64,000 nucleotides of DNA. It comes from Parcubacteria group bacterium GW2011_GWE2_39_37 (GTDB lineage: Bacteria > Patescibacteriota > Patescibacteriia > Patescibacteriales > GWE2-39-37). This document shows positions 17,456-26,575 of this stretch, in pieces. Every line of letters begins with the position of its first letter. The stretch's first letter is position 1. Position numbers and translations under genes: made by a program. The stretch is taken from positions 501 through 64,500 of the forward strand of contig LBWY01000001.1 of the NCBI GenBank assembly GCA_000995135.1. The letters run 5' to 3'. Below the pieces are notes generated by a model, which saw only the letters and a list, made by a program, of their open reading frames with translations, made no database searches and was not told the origin of the DNA.

Positions 17456-18727
17456 ATGAGTAAAAAATTACTTCCATATATAGGAGGCTTACTGATTGTC
17501 AGCATCCTAATTATTTTGCCCTTTATCAAACAAACACCAAAAAAGGCCACTTTCGGTCAAACCGTTTCAGCCGATAAGATAGTTAAGAGATATAATCTCG
17601 CACCTGCCCCTGCTTATCAGGACAAAACGACCTTAATCAACAGCAAGACTTACAAAGACTTGCCTGTGGGAGAGGTAAAGTCCTATGAGGCAAAAAACGC
17701 TTGGGGTACGGCGATATTCATTCCCCAGAATCATCGTTATCCCGGAACTAATCCGGCAGACAAGATAAATGATTCAGCTGAAGCAGCTCAAAACCAAATT
17801 TATGATATTATTTCATTCTTGAATGAGAAATATGGTATTAAATTTGTCATGGCCGAAGGCGATCTTTACGGAAAAGTGCCTCAGGATAAAATCAATGAAT
17901 TATCCCAAAGAATCAATGACCGTAACTTATTTGCCGATCAGGTTTCAGTTCTGAAAACTGAAATGAAAAATCAAAATATTGATCCTACAATAATCGATGA
18001 TTTTTCAAACAGCGCTGACCTTTACATTAAATCATTAGACAGAGAAATAATTCTGCAAGGAGCACCGTATAAAATGAAATCCGAAGGAAAGAATATCTCC
18101 TTGTTCGGATCTGAGGTTCGTGCTACCCAAGAGGAAAGTGCTGTGATTGTCAGAAATTACATTTACCAGCAAGACAGACAAAAAGCTTTGAACGGCTCAC
18201 AGGCCAAGACGATTGCGTCAAATGAGCGTTCTTCACTTGCAGATGCTTATGCAATGCTATTGTCAAAAAGAGGCACAAAAAATAACAGCCTGGAATCAAG
18301 CTTCAACCGATTGGAAAAGCTAACAACCGGAAATAGTTATTTGAACGGCATGATCGCAGAAACTGAAAAAACTTACCTTTCTATCAAAAATGTAGATAAG
18401 AAGGTCGCCAAAGTTTCTTCCCCTGCCAGAACAGAAAATCCATACGAGGGAATAAATGATCCTAAAAAAATCCAAACGCTGGTTAGCGAATCAGAAGAAA
18501 AAATTCAAAAAGTCGTTATCGACAGACGTAATGTTGAGACAGCAGAAAATTTTGCTGATCTATTAAAGTCAAATGGTACTGACATTGGAATTTTACAGTA
18601 TGGTGCTGGCCACGAAGAGGGTCTTATAAAAGAATTGAATAAGCAGGGAATAAATGTCATCATGGTTAAAGCTGATGAAGTATTAGAAAGAGAAAATGTA
18701 CCAAAAATCTCAAGCTTAAAGCAATAA
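17456..18727 (+). CDS. membrane-anchored hypothetical protein, weakly TraB/TIKI/ChaN-like
   Basis: N-terminal TM. The AEGDLYG and YGAGHEEG motifs are reminiscent of the TIKI/TraB superfamily. Very tentative. Confidence 0.3.
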   Translation: MSKKLLPYIGGLLIVSILIILPFIKQTPKKATFGQTVSADKIVKRYNLAPAPAYQDKTTLINSKTYKDLPVGEVKSYEAKNAWGTAIFIPQNHRYPGTNPADKINDSAEAAQNQIYDIISFLNEKYGIKFVMAEGDLYGKVPQDKINELSQRINDRNLFADQVSVLKTEMKNQNIDPTIIDDFSNSADLYIKSLDREIILQGAPYKMKSEGKNISLFGSEVRATQEESAVIVRNYIYQQDRQKALNGSQAKTIASNERSSLADAYAMLLSKRGTKNNSLESSFNRLEKLTTGNSYLNGMIAETEKTYLSIKNVDKKVAKVSSPARTENPYEGINDPKKIQTLVSESEEKIQKVVIDRRNVETAENFADLLKSNGTDIGILQYGAGHEEGLIKELNKQGINVIMVKADEVLERENVPKISSLKQ

Positions 18728-18729
18728 AT

Positions 18730-18761
18730 AAAAAAGCGAGCGTTTATACGCTCGCTTTTTT
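18730..18761 (+). terminator. rho-independent terminator
   Basis: GCGAGCG-TTTATA-CGCTCGC followed by T6. Confidence 0.75.
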
Positions 18762-18764
18762 AAA

Positions 18765-18792
18765 AAGAAAGACGGTCAAGACCGTCTTTCTT
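18765..18792 (-). terminator. terminator of the convergent minus-strand gene
   Basis: AGAAAGACGGTC/GACCGTCTTTCT hairpin. Confidence 0.6.
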
Positions 18793-18809
18793 ACTTATCG
18801 CGCCTCTGC

Positions 18810-19250
18810 TTATCTGAATAGCTGATCTAGAATAAATAGATCGCCCAAATCTGAACCGTTACCATCGCCGCTTAAGATGTCTGAGTTGTCACCGAATAAT
18901 CTATCCAGGACGAATAAATCACCTAAACTGTTGCCATCACCTAATATGCCGCCACCGATACTATCGCCGCCCAAAATGCTGTCGCCACCACTAAACAACT
19001 GGTCTAATAGGAATAAATCACCGAGATCGGATCCTGAATCATTCAAAATACCTCCCGAACCATCACTAAACAGCCGGTCCAGAATGAATAAATCACCCAA
19101 AGAAGAGCCTCTATCTGTAGAATCTAAAATCAATGCATCTTTAAGGATACTGTTATTTGTAGAAGTTTGAGCTGAAGCAACTGGAGCGACCACAAGGGAA
19201 AATGCTAAAGCAAGAGTAGCGAAACCTAAAGTTAATTTTTTAATCGACAT
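18810..19250 (-). CDS. secreted protein with four LGDLFxLDxLF repeats
   Basis: Signal peptide (..APVASA). LGDLFILDRLF, LGDLFLLDQLF, LGDLFVLDRLF and LGDLFILDQLF are separated by G/D/S-rich linkers. Confidence 0.7.
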   Translation of the reverse strand: MSIKKLTLGFATLALAFSLVVAPVASAQTSTNNSILKDALILDSTDRGSSLGDLFILDRLFSDGSGGILNDSGSDLGDLFLLDQLFSGGDSILGGDSIGGGILGDGNSLGDLFVLDRLFGDNSDILSGDGNGSDLGDLFILDQLFR

Positions 19251-19292
19251 ATGCTTTAAATTAATTTTATTAACCTTAAATAATTATAACTT

Positions 19293-19410
19293 TTCTTCCC
19301 CCTCGACCTTTGATGAGAACCATAACGGGGAAAGTCTGAGCATATCTAAATAAAATATTGTTGCCCAACTTGTTATTCGCATTTTATTATGGCCCTCATA
19401 TATATTGACG
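19293..19410 (-). promoter_or_regulatory. conserved structured leader, copy B
   Basis: Shares blocks with 20238-20352: GAGGGCCATAATAAAAT, AATAACAAGTTG, TCAGACTTTCCCC.TTATGG and AAAGGTCGA.GGG (minus-strand reading). Confidence 0.5.
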
Positions 19411-19550
19411 ATTTAAACAGTCAAATATTACTAAAATGAACTTTTTCTAAAGAAAGACGGCCTTTTTCAAAAGCCGCCTTTCTATTCTATAACTCTCACC
19501 CCAACTAAACAAAGTTCACTGTTTTAATGGATATGACAATAACCTTAAGA

Positions 19551-20201
19551 CTATTGAGAAATCCTATTTAAATTTGTATTGGTAATACCGACTCCGACTG
19601 TTTGAATAAGATTTAATGCTCCGGTCGGACCGATTACTTCAACAAGTGATAGATCTGCTGGATTTACATAAAACAATCTGCCGCTATCCTCTACTTTAAG
19701 CAAAAATCTACCTGATAAATTACTTGGCGCTTTGCCCGCGTAAGAATCGAAAGTTGCATTAGAAACTCCCAAGGCTAAGCTTGCAATCTCATTAAAGGCT
19801 TCGGCTGGTGTTGGACCAAGAAACACTCTTCTATTGGTTAGCGGATTTACATACCATGCTTGTCCTTTGTCTTGCACCTGAAGAAGTATTTTCCCTCTTT
19901 GTATTTCCGCAAACGATCTGACTGCAGTTGTAGTTACTGCGCCCGTGGTTGGCGTTGTTACTGTTGTTGCTGTTGTTGTTTTTGGAAATAGCTGGTCAAG
20001 AATAATCAAATTACCCAAGGATGTATCTGATGATTTGTCTAGAACTTTGCTGCTTCCTCCAAACAATTTATTCAACAAAAACAAGTCGCCAAGGTCATTG
20101 CCAGTCCTAGATATCGATGTCGCTGCAGCAGCCGGCATTGCTGACATGCCCAAGCCGATTGCGAGGGCGATAAAACTTAAAATTAATTTCTTAATTAACA
20201 T
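19551..20201 (-). CDS. secreted protein with two LGDLF-type repeats plus two GxPAxAF...GVxxTN modules
   Basis: Signal peptide, LGDLFLLNKLF and LGNLIILDQLF, a T-rich linker, then two modules related to the C-terminus of 2353..3351. Confidence 0.7.
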   Translation of the reverse strand: MLIKKLILSFIALAIGLGMSAMPAAAATSISRTGNDLGDLFLLNKLFGGSSKVLDKSSDTSLGNLIILDQLFPKTTTATTVTTPTTGAVTTTAVRSFAEIQRGKILLQVQDKGQAWYVNPLTNRRVFLGPTPAEAFNEIASLALGVSNATFDSYAGKAPSNLSGRFLLKVEDSGRLFYVNPADLSLVEVIGPTGALNLIQTVGVGITNTNLNRISQ

Positions 20202-20237
20202 ACATTTTTAATTAATTATTAATTATCAATAACAATA

Positions 20238-20352
20238 CTTTCCCTTCGACCTTTTAAAGGGAGGGCCATAATGGGGAAAGTCTGAACATATGGAGATATA
20301 TTCAACTTGTTATTAGCAAATTTTATTATGGCCCTCTATAGATAAAGACGCT
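20238..20352 (-). promoter_or_regulatory. conserved structured leader, copy A
   Basis: See copy B. P1 is GAGGGCCATAAT / ATTATGGCCCTC. P2 is CTTTCCC / GGGAAAG. Confidence 0.5.
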
Positions 20353-20361
20353 ACGGCTGAT

Positions 20362-20883
20362 TCAATGTGTCATTTTAATGTCTTTATACATTTCTTTTAA
20401 AATTTTCTTACCTCGGTAAATAACTACACTTACATAATTAGTAGATTTTGAGGTGATTGTCGATATTTCTTTGACGCTTAAAAAATCAATGTAACGATAA
20501 GATAATATCTTACGATATCCCTCTTTTAAGTTCTGAAGCTTGTTCTTTAATATTTCCAATTCGATTTTTTCTTCAATTTCTTGGATTTGCACGGCTGGTA
20601 CCGGGATTTCCCCAAAAGCTTGATCATCAATAGAAAAAGGAATCTTATTCTTATGCCTATAATAATCGGTGATCAAGTTATTGCTAACCATAAACAGAAA
20701 GCTTTTCAGTTTGATTATTTTATTGCTATTCCTGTTTAAATATTGCCAAGTTTTAAAAAAAGTCTCTTGCATGATGTCTTCTGCCAGGTCATAATCATTG
20801 ACGCGGGCAAATATATATCTTTGGATTATTAATGAATACTTCTCATAAGCTTCAACAAATTCATTTTTAGTTTTTTCTTTCAT
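20362..20883 (-). CDS. ECF-type RNA polymerase sigma-70 family factor
   Basis: About 173 aa with a region 2 (DLAEDIMQETFFKTW) and region 4 layout. Confidence 0.75.
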   Translation of the reverse strand: MKEKTKNEFVEAYEKYSLIIQRYIFARVNDYDLAEDIMQETFFKTWQYLNRNSNKIIKLKSFLFMVSNNLITDYYRHKNKIPFSIDDQAFGEIPVPAVQIQEIEEKIELEILKNKLQNLKEGYRKILSYRYIDFLSVKEISTITSKSTNYVSVVIYRGKKILKEMYKDIKMTH

Positions 20884-21070
20884 ATTTTTGAGCTAAAAAT
20901 TTGTTATTGAAGAACATAACCATCGGTTTTAAATTAACTTGAATAAATTAACATGCAATTAAATATTTTAACAAAAATAAATCCAGACATTAATCTGCGC
21001 TTAACCTTGATATTATATTTTTTAAAATATTTTTAATTTATTGTTATCGAAAAGACACGAAAATTTTTTT

Positions 21071-21511
21071 ATGAAAATTACTAGTCCGGTTTTTTTAAAT
21101 AATCAACCGATACCTTCTAAGTACACCTGTGACGGCACCAACGTTAACCCTCCTCTCGTTTTCGAAAACATCCCAGTCGAAACCAAAAGCTTGGTGTTGA
21201 TTGTTGACGATCCTGATGCTTCGGCAGGCACCTGGACTCATTGGTTAGTTTGGAATGTAGCACCCTCAACCAGAATGATCAAAGAAAATAGTTTGCCGGA
21301 AAATGCAGTTGAAGGGACAACCAGTTTTGGCAAGCCCGGGTACGGCGGTCCTTGCCCGCCTAGTGGCACACACCGTTATTTTTTTAAACTATTCGCACTA
21401 GATACCGAGCTCAACCTTACCAAGAATACAGGCAAAGAACAGCTAGAAAGGATAATTTCAAAGCATGTTATCAGTAAGGCTGAAATTATTGGCTTATATT
21501 CAGTAAAATAA
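21071..21511 (+). CDS. YbhB/YbcL family Raf-kinase-inhibitor-like (PEBP) protein
   Basis: DDPDA...GTWTHW...GYGGPCPPSGTHRYFFKLFALD. The internal Met at 21071 is preferred. Confidence 0.85.
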   Translation: MKITSPVFLNNQPIPSKYTCDGTNVNPPLVFENIPVETKSLVLIVDDPDASAGTWTHWLVWNVAPSTRMIKENSLPENAVEGTTSFGKPGYGGPCPPSGTHRYFFKLFALDTELNLTKNTGKEQLERIISKHVISKAEIIGLYSVK

Positions 21512-21590
21512 ATTGCAAAAATAATACTTAACTGCCACTTAATTTAACTTGGGTAAGATGATTAAACCTTACTAGTTAAGTTATCGGCAT

Positions 21591-22148
21591 ATGAAGAAAA
21601 AAGAGTTCATCAAAAAAACAGATGCGACAACTCCGCAAGCTTCCAATGAAATTCAGATTAAGCCAATAAATAACAAAGATATAAATAAAAATGGCGAAGT
21701 TTTTATTTTTTTCACCAAAGAAGAAGCGACCCAACTTACAAGATTGATCAACATACTGGTGCCTCAAACGCACGAATTCAAATTTATAAGAATTGCGGAA
21801 ATACTAGACCAAGACTTCGCTAAAAAAACAGCTAGAAACAGCCCTTGGGTAAGACGCTTCTATAAGAGGGGGCTAGCTAAACTGGGCAGCTACTGCCCAA
21901 ATTTATCTACATATGAGATCGAAGATATACTTGATAGAGAAAATGGCGATTTCCTAAAAATATTTATCCAAAAAGTCATGCAAGATTCTATCAAGATCTA
22001 TTATTCACACACTGAAAATCAAAAAGCCGTACAAAAAATTGGCTCTTTTGCACATTTGCCCTTCATCAAGCTTAACCGGGATGAAAAAATCTTCACTTCT
22101 GAAAAAAAATCTTTACTAAAATGGCTAAAAAAAATCATCAACCTTTAA
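21591..22148 (+). CDS. hypothetical protein
   Basis: 185-aa ORF; no family recognised. Confidence 0.45.
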   Translation: MKKKEFIKKTDATTPQASNEIQIKPINNKDINKNGEVFIFFTKEEATQLTRLINILVPQTHEFKFIRIAEILDQDFAKKTARNSPWVRRFYKRGLAKLGSYCPNLSTYEIEDILDRENGDFLKIFIQKVMQDSIKIYYSHTENQKAVQKIGSFAHLPFIKLNRDEKIFTSEKKSLLKWLKKIINL

Positions 22149-22300
22149 GCTGATGTTCTTAATGATAACTTAATTATCTGATGATTTAATAAAACAATCA
22201 GTTACATCTATCAAATTTGAATCCTAATAAACGAAATTGACAGAATAATTTATTTTCAATATTCTTAGATTGTAATGATTAATTATTCAAAACCACCACT

Positions 22301-22972
22301 ATGAGGATATTAATAATCGAGGATCAAGAAAATATTGCCAAATTGGTCAAAGACGGATTAGAAGCGGAGGGCTTCGCAGTGGATTATGTTTTGGATGGCG
22401 AAGCAGGACAGCTAAGGATAGAATTAAGCCATCAGGATTATGACTTGATTTTATTAGATTTGATGTTGCCAAAAAAAGACGGTATTGAAATATGTAAATT
22501 CGTCCGTGAGAAAAAGATTAATACGCCGATTTTGATGCTGACTGCGAAAGACGGGATCGAGGATATCACTGCCGGATTGAATGTCGGAGCTGATGATTAT
22601 CTGGTAAAGCCTTTTTCTTTCCAGGTCTTGATTGCAAGGATCCGAGCGATCCTTAGAAGGCCGAAAGTCTCTCTGCCAGTAAAACTGGAGGCACAAAACA
22701 TCCTATTGGACATCACTGCAAAAAAACTTTTTAAAAACAACAAAGAGATCAAGCTGACTTTAAAAGAATTCAATCTACTTGAATACTTAATGAGAAATCC
22801 AAACCGCGTCCTTAACCGGGAACAGATACTCTCAAACGTCTGGGATTTTTCTTTTGATTCCTTTAGTAATGTCGTAGATGTCCATATCACTAACCTGCGG
22901 AAAAAACTAGGGGACAAAACGGGAAAAATACTGGAGACAGTCCACGGTGTCGGCTACAAAATCAATGCCTAA
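22301..22972 (+). CDS. OmpR-family response regulator
   Basis: Receiver domain (DLILLDLMLPKKDG) plus a winged-helix C-terminus (VHGVGYKI). Confidence 0.9.
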   Translation: MRILIIEDQENIAKLVKDGLEAEGFAVDYVLDGEAGQLRIELSHQDYDLILLDLMLPKKDGIEICKFVREKKINTPILMLTAKDGIEDITAGLNVGADDYLVKPFSFQVLIARIRAILRRPKVSLPVKLEAQNILLDITAKKLFKNNKEIKLTLKEFNLLEYLMRNPNRVLNREQILSNVWDFSFDSFSNVVDVHITNLRKKLGDKTGKILETVHGVGYKINA

Positions 22973-23006
22973 AAAAAATGATCCCAGCGATGGGATCATT
23001 TTTTTA
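22973..23006. terminator. bidirectional terminator
   Basis: A8-TGATCCCA-GCGA-TGGGATCA-T8. Confidence 0.8.
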
Positions 23007-25289
23007 TTATTTTTCGATGCAATAAACTGCATTTTTTTCTCGCAGAGGAAAACTGACAAAGAAAGTGGAGCCCTTATTCAATTCTGACTCAACCCAGATT
23101 TTTCCACCAATCTTTGTTACCACCGACTTAACCATGTACAAACCGAGTCCATCGCCTTCAAAGCTGAACTCCCTGGCATTGTCTGCTCGGAACATTTTTT
23201 CAAAAATCCTGTCTTGCTGATCCCTGGGAATGCCATGTCCGTTGTCCGCAACTATTAACAAGATCTCCTGTTCACCTTTTTTCACCTCTATGTTTATCTT
23301 GCCTCCCACTTGCGTATAACGGATAGCGTTGGTTAATAGGTTCTCAGTAATTATTTCCAAAATATTCCTGTCGAACTTAACCATAGGCAAGGTCTTGTCG
23401 ATTTTCTTTCTAAGTTTTATCTGCCGTGCTTTGATTTTTAAATCGAATTCTTTGATGATTTCGCTTATTTCTTTGTTAAAATCAATCATTTCAAATTTTA
23501 CGACAAATGTCCCTAGCTCGATTCTGGAAATATTTAACAATGACTCAATCAAGTCTTTCATCCTGACAGTTGATGACAGGATCTCATCTAGGTATCTCTT
23601 GGAACTAGCATCGACTACCCCTGATACTCCTCTTAGAAGGAGCTCTGCCGATAATCCGATACTGGCAAGTGGAGTGCGCAGTTGGTGCGAAGCCAAAGAA
23701 ACAAATTCTGTCTTGGCCAAGTCAATCTCTTTTTCTTTGGTTATATCTCTCTCAATCAAAACGAAAAATATTGTCTGATTCTCATCATCCTTTACTTGAG
23801 AGATGCTTAAAGAGGATATATACTTCCTGCCTTGCTTACTCCTGTTTGCTACTTCGTAATGTAGCTGATTTTTATTCTCCAATTCCTTCTTAAATTTTCT
23901 TATAAATCCGTCGACTTCATTGTCACTAATAGCTGGATCACGCCATAACATTGGGGTTTCACCCAAGATCTCATTCCTCTTGTAGCCGGTAATTTTTTCT
24001 GCAGCTGCATTTGCATAGATGACTTCAAGGGAAGGACTAGTAATATAGATTGCATCAGAGGCATTTTCTACTGCTAATTTAAACTTTTTTAAATCTTCAG
24101 CAATCTTTTCTATTTCTGCTGTATAGGCTCTAAATTTTTTTTCATTGGCTTTTTGCTGGGTAATATCACGAAGAACAGATTGAATAGCGATTCCTCCACC
24201 AAAATTAATTAAAGCACCGGAAGCTTCAACCGGTATTGTTTTTCCTTTTAAATTTTTGATTTTTGTTTCAATAACCGACTGTTTAAGACTTCCGCTCTTT
24301 AGATTTTTTATTCTTTCAGCGATCTTTGGACTTTGGCTTGGAGGGAAAAATTCCACAATATTCCTGCCGACAATTTCACTTTCGCTACTAGCACCAAAAA
24401 GTTGCAAACTGGCATGATTAGCGTATACTATTTTATTGTCAGCATGTAAAAAAATTGCGTTGGGCGAAAGTTCTACTAACGTCCTATATCTTTCTTCGCT
24501 GTCACGCAATGCTACTTCACTATCTTTTAAATTTTTGAATAAAATCCTAAAGGGTCTGACGATTATTGTTTCCACGATACCGAGATACAAAAAAGAAAAA
24601 GAAAAGACTTTTAAAAAATGTCCAACCAAATCAAATTCATTCCAAACAATTATTCCAATTTCTGATCCGATTCCGGCTATTATTGAAAACGACAACAATC
24701 CCTTAACCCTGTTGTCAAAATTATTCTTATTTTTCAATAATAGACCTAAAGAAATGGCAGAAATAATAAAGATAAAAAGCTCACTGAATATTTTGAAGTC
24801 GGTAGGTTCGGCAAACTGATCAAATGTTGCAGGAAACCTATGTGAAAAAATTAAAAAAAGCAACAAAAGGCTTATTATTAAAAATATGATAAATGTTAAA
24901 TAAGGTCGAATCGGTCTTTTCACGAAAAATAAAGCCGCCAGGAAAGAGAAGCTGGTCATATACTGTGCAGAAAGCCAAAGCTGAGAAGATAAATCCAAAC
25001 TGCCCGAATCAAACAAAAAAACACCTTTGAAAGTAAAAAGATGCATCAGATTTATAAAACCTATAAACAGAAAAGCGATGCCTAAAAAAATATAAAAATT
25101 ATTATCAATAAATTTTCTGGAATTCCAAACAATGACAAAAATTATCAAGGCAACGAGCACATAAAAAACCTCAACCAAAGAATGAAACAGCATATAGCTG
25201 TAAAAAGTAGTCAGATATGCCACCGATATAAAAGCAGCAATCTTCATAAAATCATACAGTATGCTAATTTTTGTTTTATTTGAATTCAT
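23007..25289 (-). CDS. membrane sensor histidine kinase with PAS domains
   Basis: Multi-TM N-terminus, two PAS-like segments, H-box SHQLRTPL, and ATPase motifs DNGHGIP and GDGLGLY. Confidence 0.85.
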   Translation of the reverse strand: MNSNKTKISILYDFMKIAAFISVAYLTTFYSYMLFHSLVEVFYVLVALIIFVIVWNSRKFIDNNFYIFLGIAFLFIGFINLMHLFTFKGVFLFDSGSLDLSSQLWLSAQYMTSFSFLAALFFVKRPIRPYLTFIIFLIISLLLLFLIFSHRFPATFDQFAEPTDFKIFSELFIFIISAISLGLLLKNKNNFDNRVKGLLSFSIIAGIGSEIGIIVWNEFDLVGHFLKVFSFSFLYLGIVETIIVRPFRILFKNLKDSEVALRDSEERYRTLVELSPNAIFLHADNKIVYANHASLQLFGASSESEIVGRNIVEFFPPSQSPKIAERIKNLKSGSLKQSVIETKIKNLKGKTIPVEASGALINFGGGIAIQSVLRDITQQKANEKKFRAYTAEIEKIAEDLKKFKLAVENASDAIYITSPSLEVIYANAAAEKITGYKRNEILGETPMLWRDPAISDNEVDGFIRKFKKELENKNQLHYEVANRSKQGRKYISSLSISQVKDDENQTIFFVLIERDITKEKEIDLAKTEFVSLASHQLRTPLASIGLSAELLLRGVSGVVDASSKRYLDEILSSTVRMKDLIESLLNISRIELGTFVVKFEMIDFNKEISEIIKEFDLKIKARQIKLRKKIDKTLPMVKFDRNILEIITENLLTNAIRYTQVGGKINIEVKKGEQEILLIVADNGHGIPRDQQDRIFEKMFRADNAREFSFEGDGLGLYMVKSVVTKIGGKIWVESELNKGSTFFVSFPLREKNAVYCIEK

Positions 25290-25336
25290 TTTTTATTGGT
25301 TTATCAACTTCTCTTTAAAACTAGACTTGTAAAAAA

Positions 25337-26485
25337 TTAAGGCTTGTTTTTTAATCTTATCTTCACAATTTCCGATTGAGTACCGATTCTCATCATCGGT
25401 CCCCAAGTCCCAACCCCGCTGGTCGTGTATTGAGTAAAATCATCTTCCTGATTAAGGCCATAATGGTACTCCCCAAAAATACTCCTAGTTATGTAGCCAT
25501 AAGGCCATATCTGTCCTTTATGAGTGTGACCAGAAAGCATTAAGTCTACACCAGCATCTTTCGCCTGCTCGATTTGTTTCGGTATGTGATAAAGCAAGAC
25601 TATCGGCTTCTTCGGATTGTTAGCCTTAATGATATCAGCCAAATCTTTTTTTTCTCCCCCTACCGGATGGTTTATTCCGATCAACGCAAGCCCATCCAGA
25701 TCAATCATCTTATCATCCATCAAAACGATCTTGCTACGACTAAGCGCTGCCTTAACTTTATCCACTCCAAGATAAGTCTCATGATTGCCGGTAATAAAAT
25801 AAATTCCTTGCGGTGCATTAATATTATTTAGCGGTTCAACAAAATCATCCAAGAGGCCATCCATCCCATCAAAATAATCCCCAGTAATAAAAACAGCCTC
25901 AGGCTCTAGCTGGTTAATCGTTTGAACGATTTCCGTAATGAAGGATGTCCCATTTATTGCTCCCAAATGAACATCGGAAACCTGGAGCAACACTTTGTTT
26001 TCCCATTGCGCCGGCAAGTTTTTTACAAACACTTCAATTTCTTTGATAACTATTCTTTTTGCGTTTACAATACTATAAGCTGTAACAAAAAATGAAATGG
26101 CAAAAAATATGGCTGCAATAATCTTAAAATTTAAAACCATACCAAAAGGCTTTGACAATATAAACAACAGCCACAATAATAAACACGCAATCAACAATAA
26201 AGTAAGCCATCCAAGCCAAATTCCGGCTACTAGATAAAAATTACGAGTAATAACATTTTCCATCCAATGGACCATGATCGAGGCAAGGATAAAGCTGACT
26301 GAAAGAATTGATAATAGGACGCTTATGATCAGCTTGATTTTCTTATCGGAAATATCAAAAAATTTGACAGCCGTGGAATATAAAAAATAATGACTGGCTA
26401 AAATCACTGCCAAGCCTGATACTAAGGTAATTATGATTAAGATTATTTTCATTCGTTTGCTTTGGGTATTTATATTATATAACAA
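25337..26485 (-). CDS. membrane-bound metallophosphoesterase
   Basis: N-terminal TMs, then DVHLG, GDYFDG, GNHE and GHTH motifs. Confidence 0.8.
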   Translation of the reverse strand: MLYNINTQSKRMKIILIIITLVSGLAVILASHYFLYSTAVKFFDISDKKIKLIISVLLSILSVSFILASIMVHWMENVITRNFYLVAGIWLGWLTLLLIACLLLWLLFILSKPFGMVLNFKIIAAIFFAISFFVTAYSIVNAKRIVIKEIEVFVKNLPAQWENKVLLQVSDVHLGAINGTSFITEIVQTINQLEPEAVFITGDYFDGMDGLLDDFVEPLNNINAPQGIYFITGNHETYLGVDKVKAALSRSKIVLMDDKMIDLDGLALIGINHPVGGEKKDLADIIKANNPKKPIVLLYHIPKQIEQAKDAGVDLMLSGHTHKGQIWPYGYITRSIFGEYHYGLNQEDDFTQYTTSGVGTWGPMMRIGTQSEIVKIRLKNKP

Positions 26486-26575
26486 TCTGAAATTTAAAAG
26501 AAATAATAAGGCTCTTGACTGTAGTAAATAATAGTAAAGTATATTAGAATATAGTTAATATATTCTTAACAACAT

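Noticed and set aside
19400-20361. ECF-type promoter (-35 GAAC-like / -10 CGTC) as the explanation for the conserved upstream blocks
   Set aside because: CGTC is conserved in both copies. However, I could not find a consistently spaced -35 element. Most of the conservation lies downstream of it and shows strand-specific compensatory changes, which favours an RNA element. A promoter component is not excluded.
20362-20364. Alternative genetic code with UGA recoded (code 25, as in some CPR lineages)
   Set aside because: UGA terminates the ECF sigma gene and LysM paralogue 1 at family-typical lengths. Conserved proteins throughout the window show no in-frame UGA.
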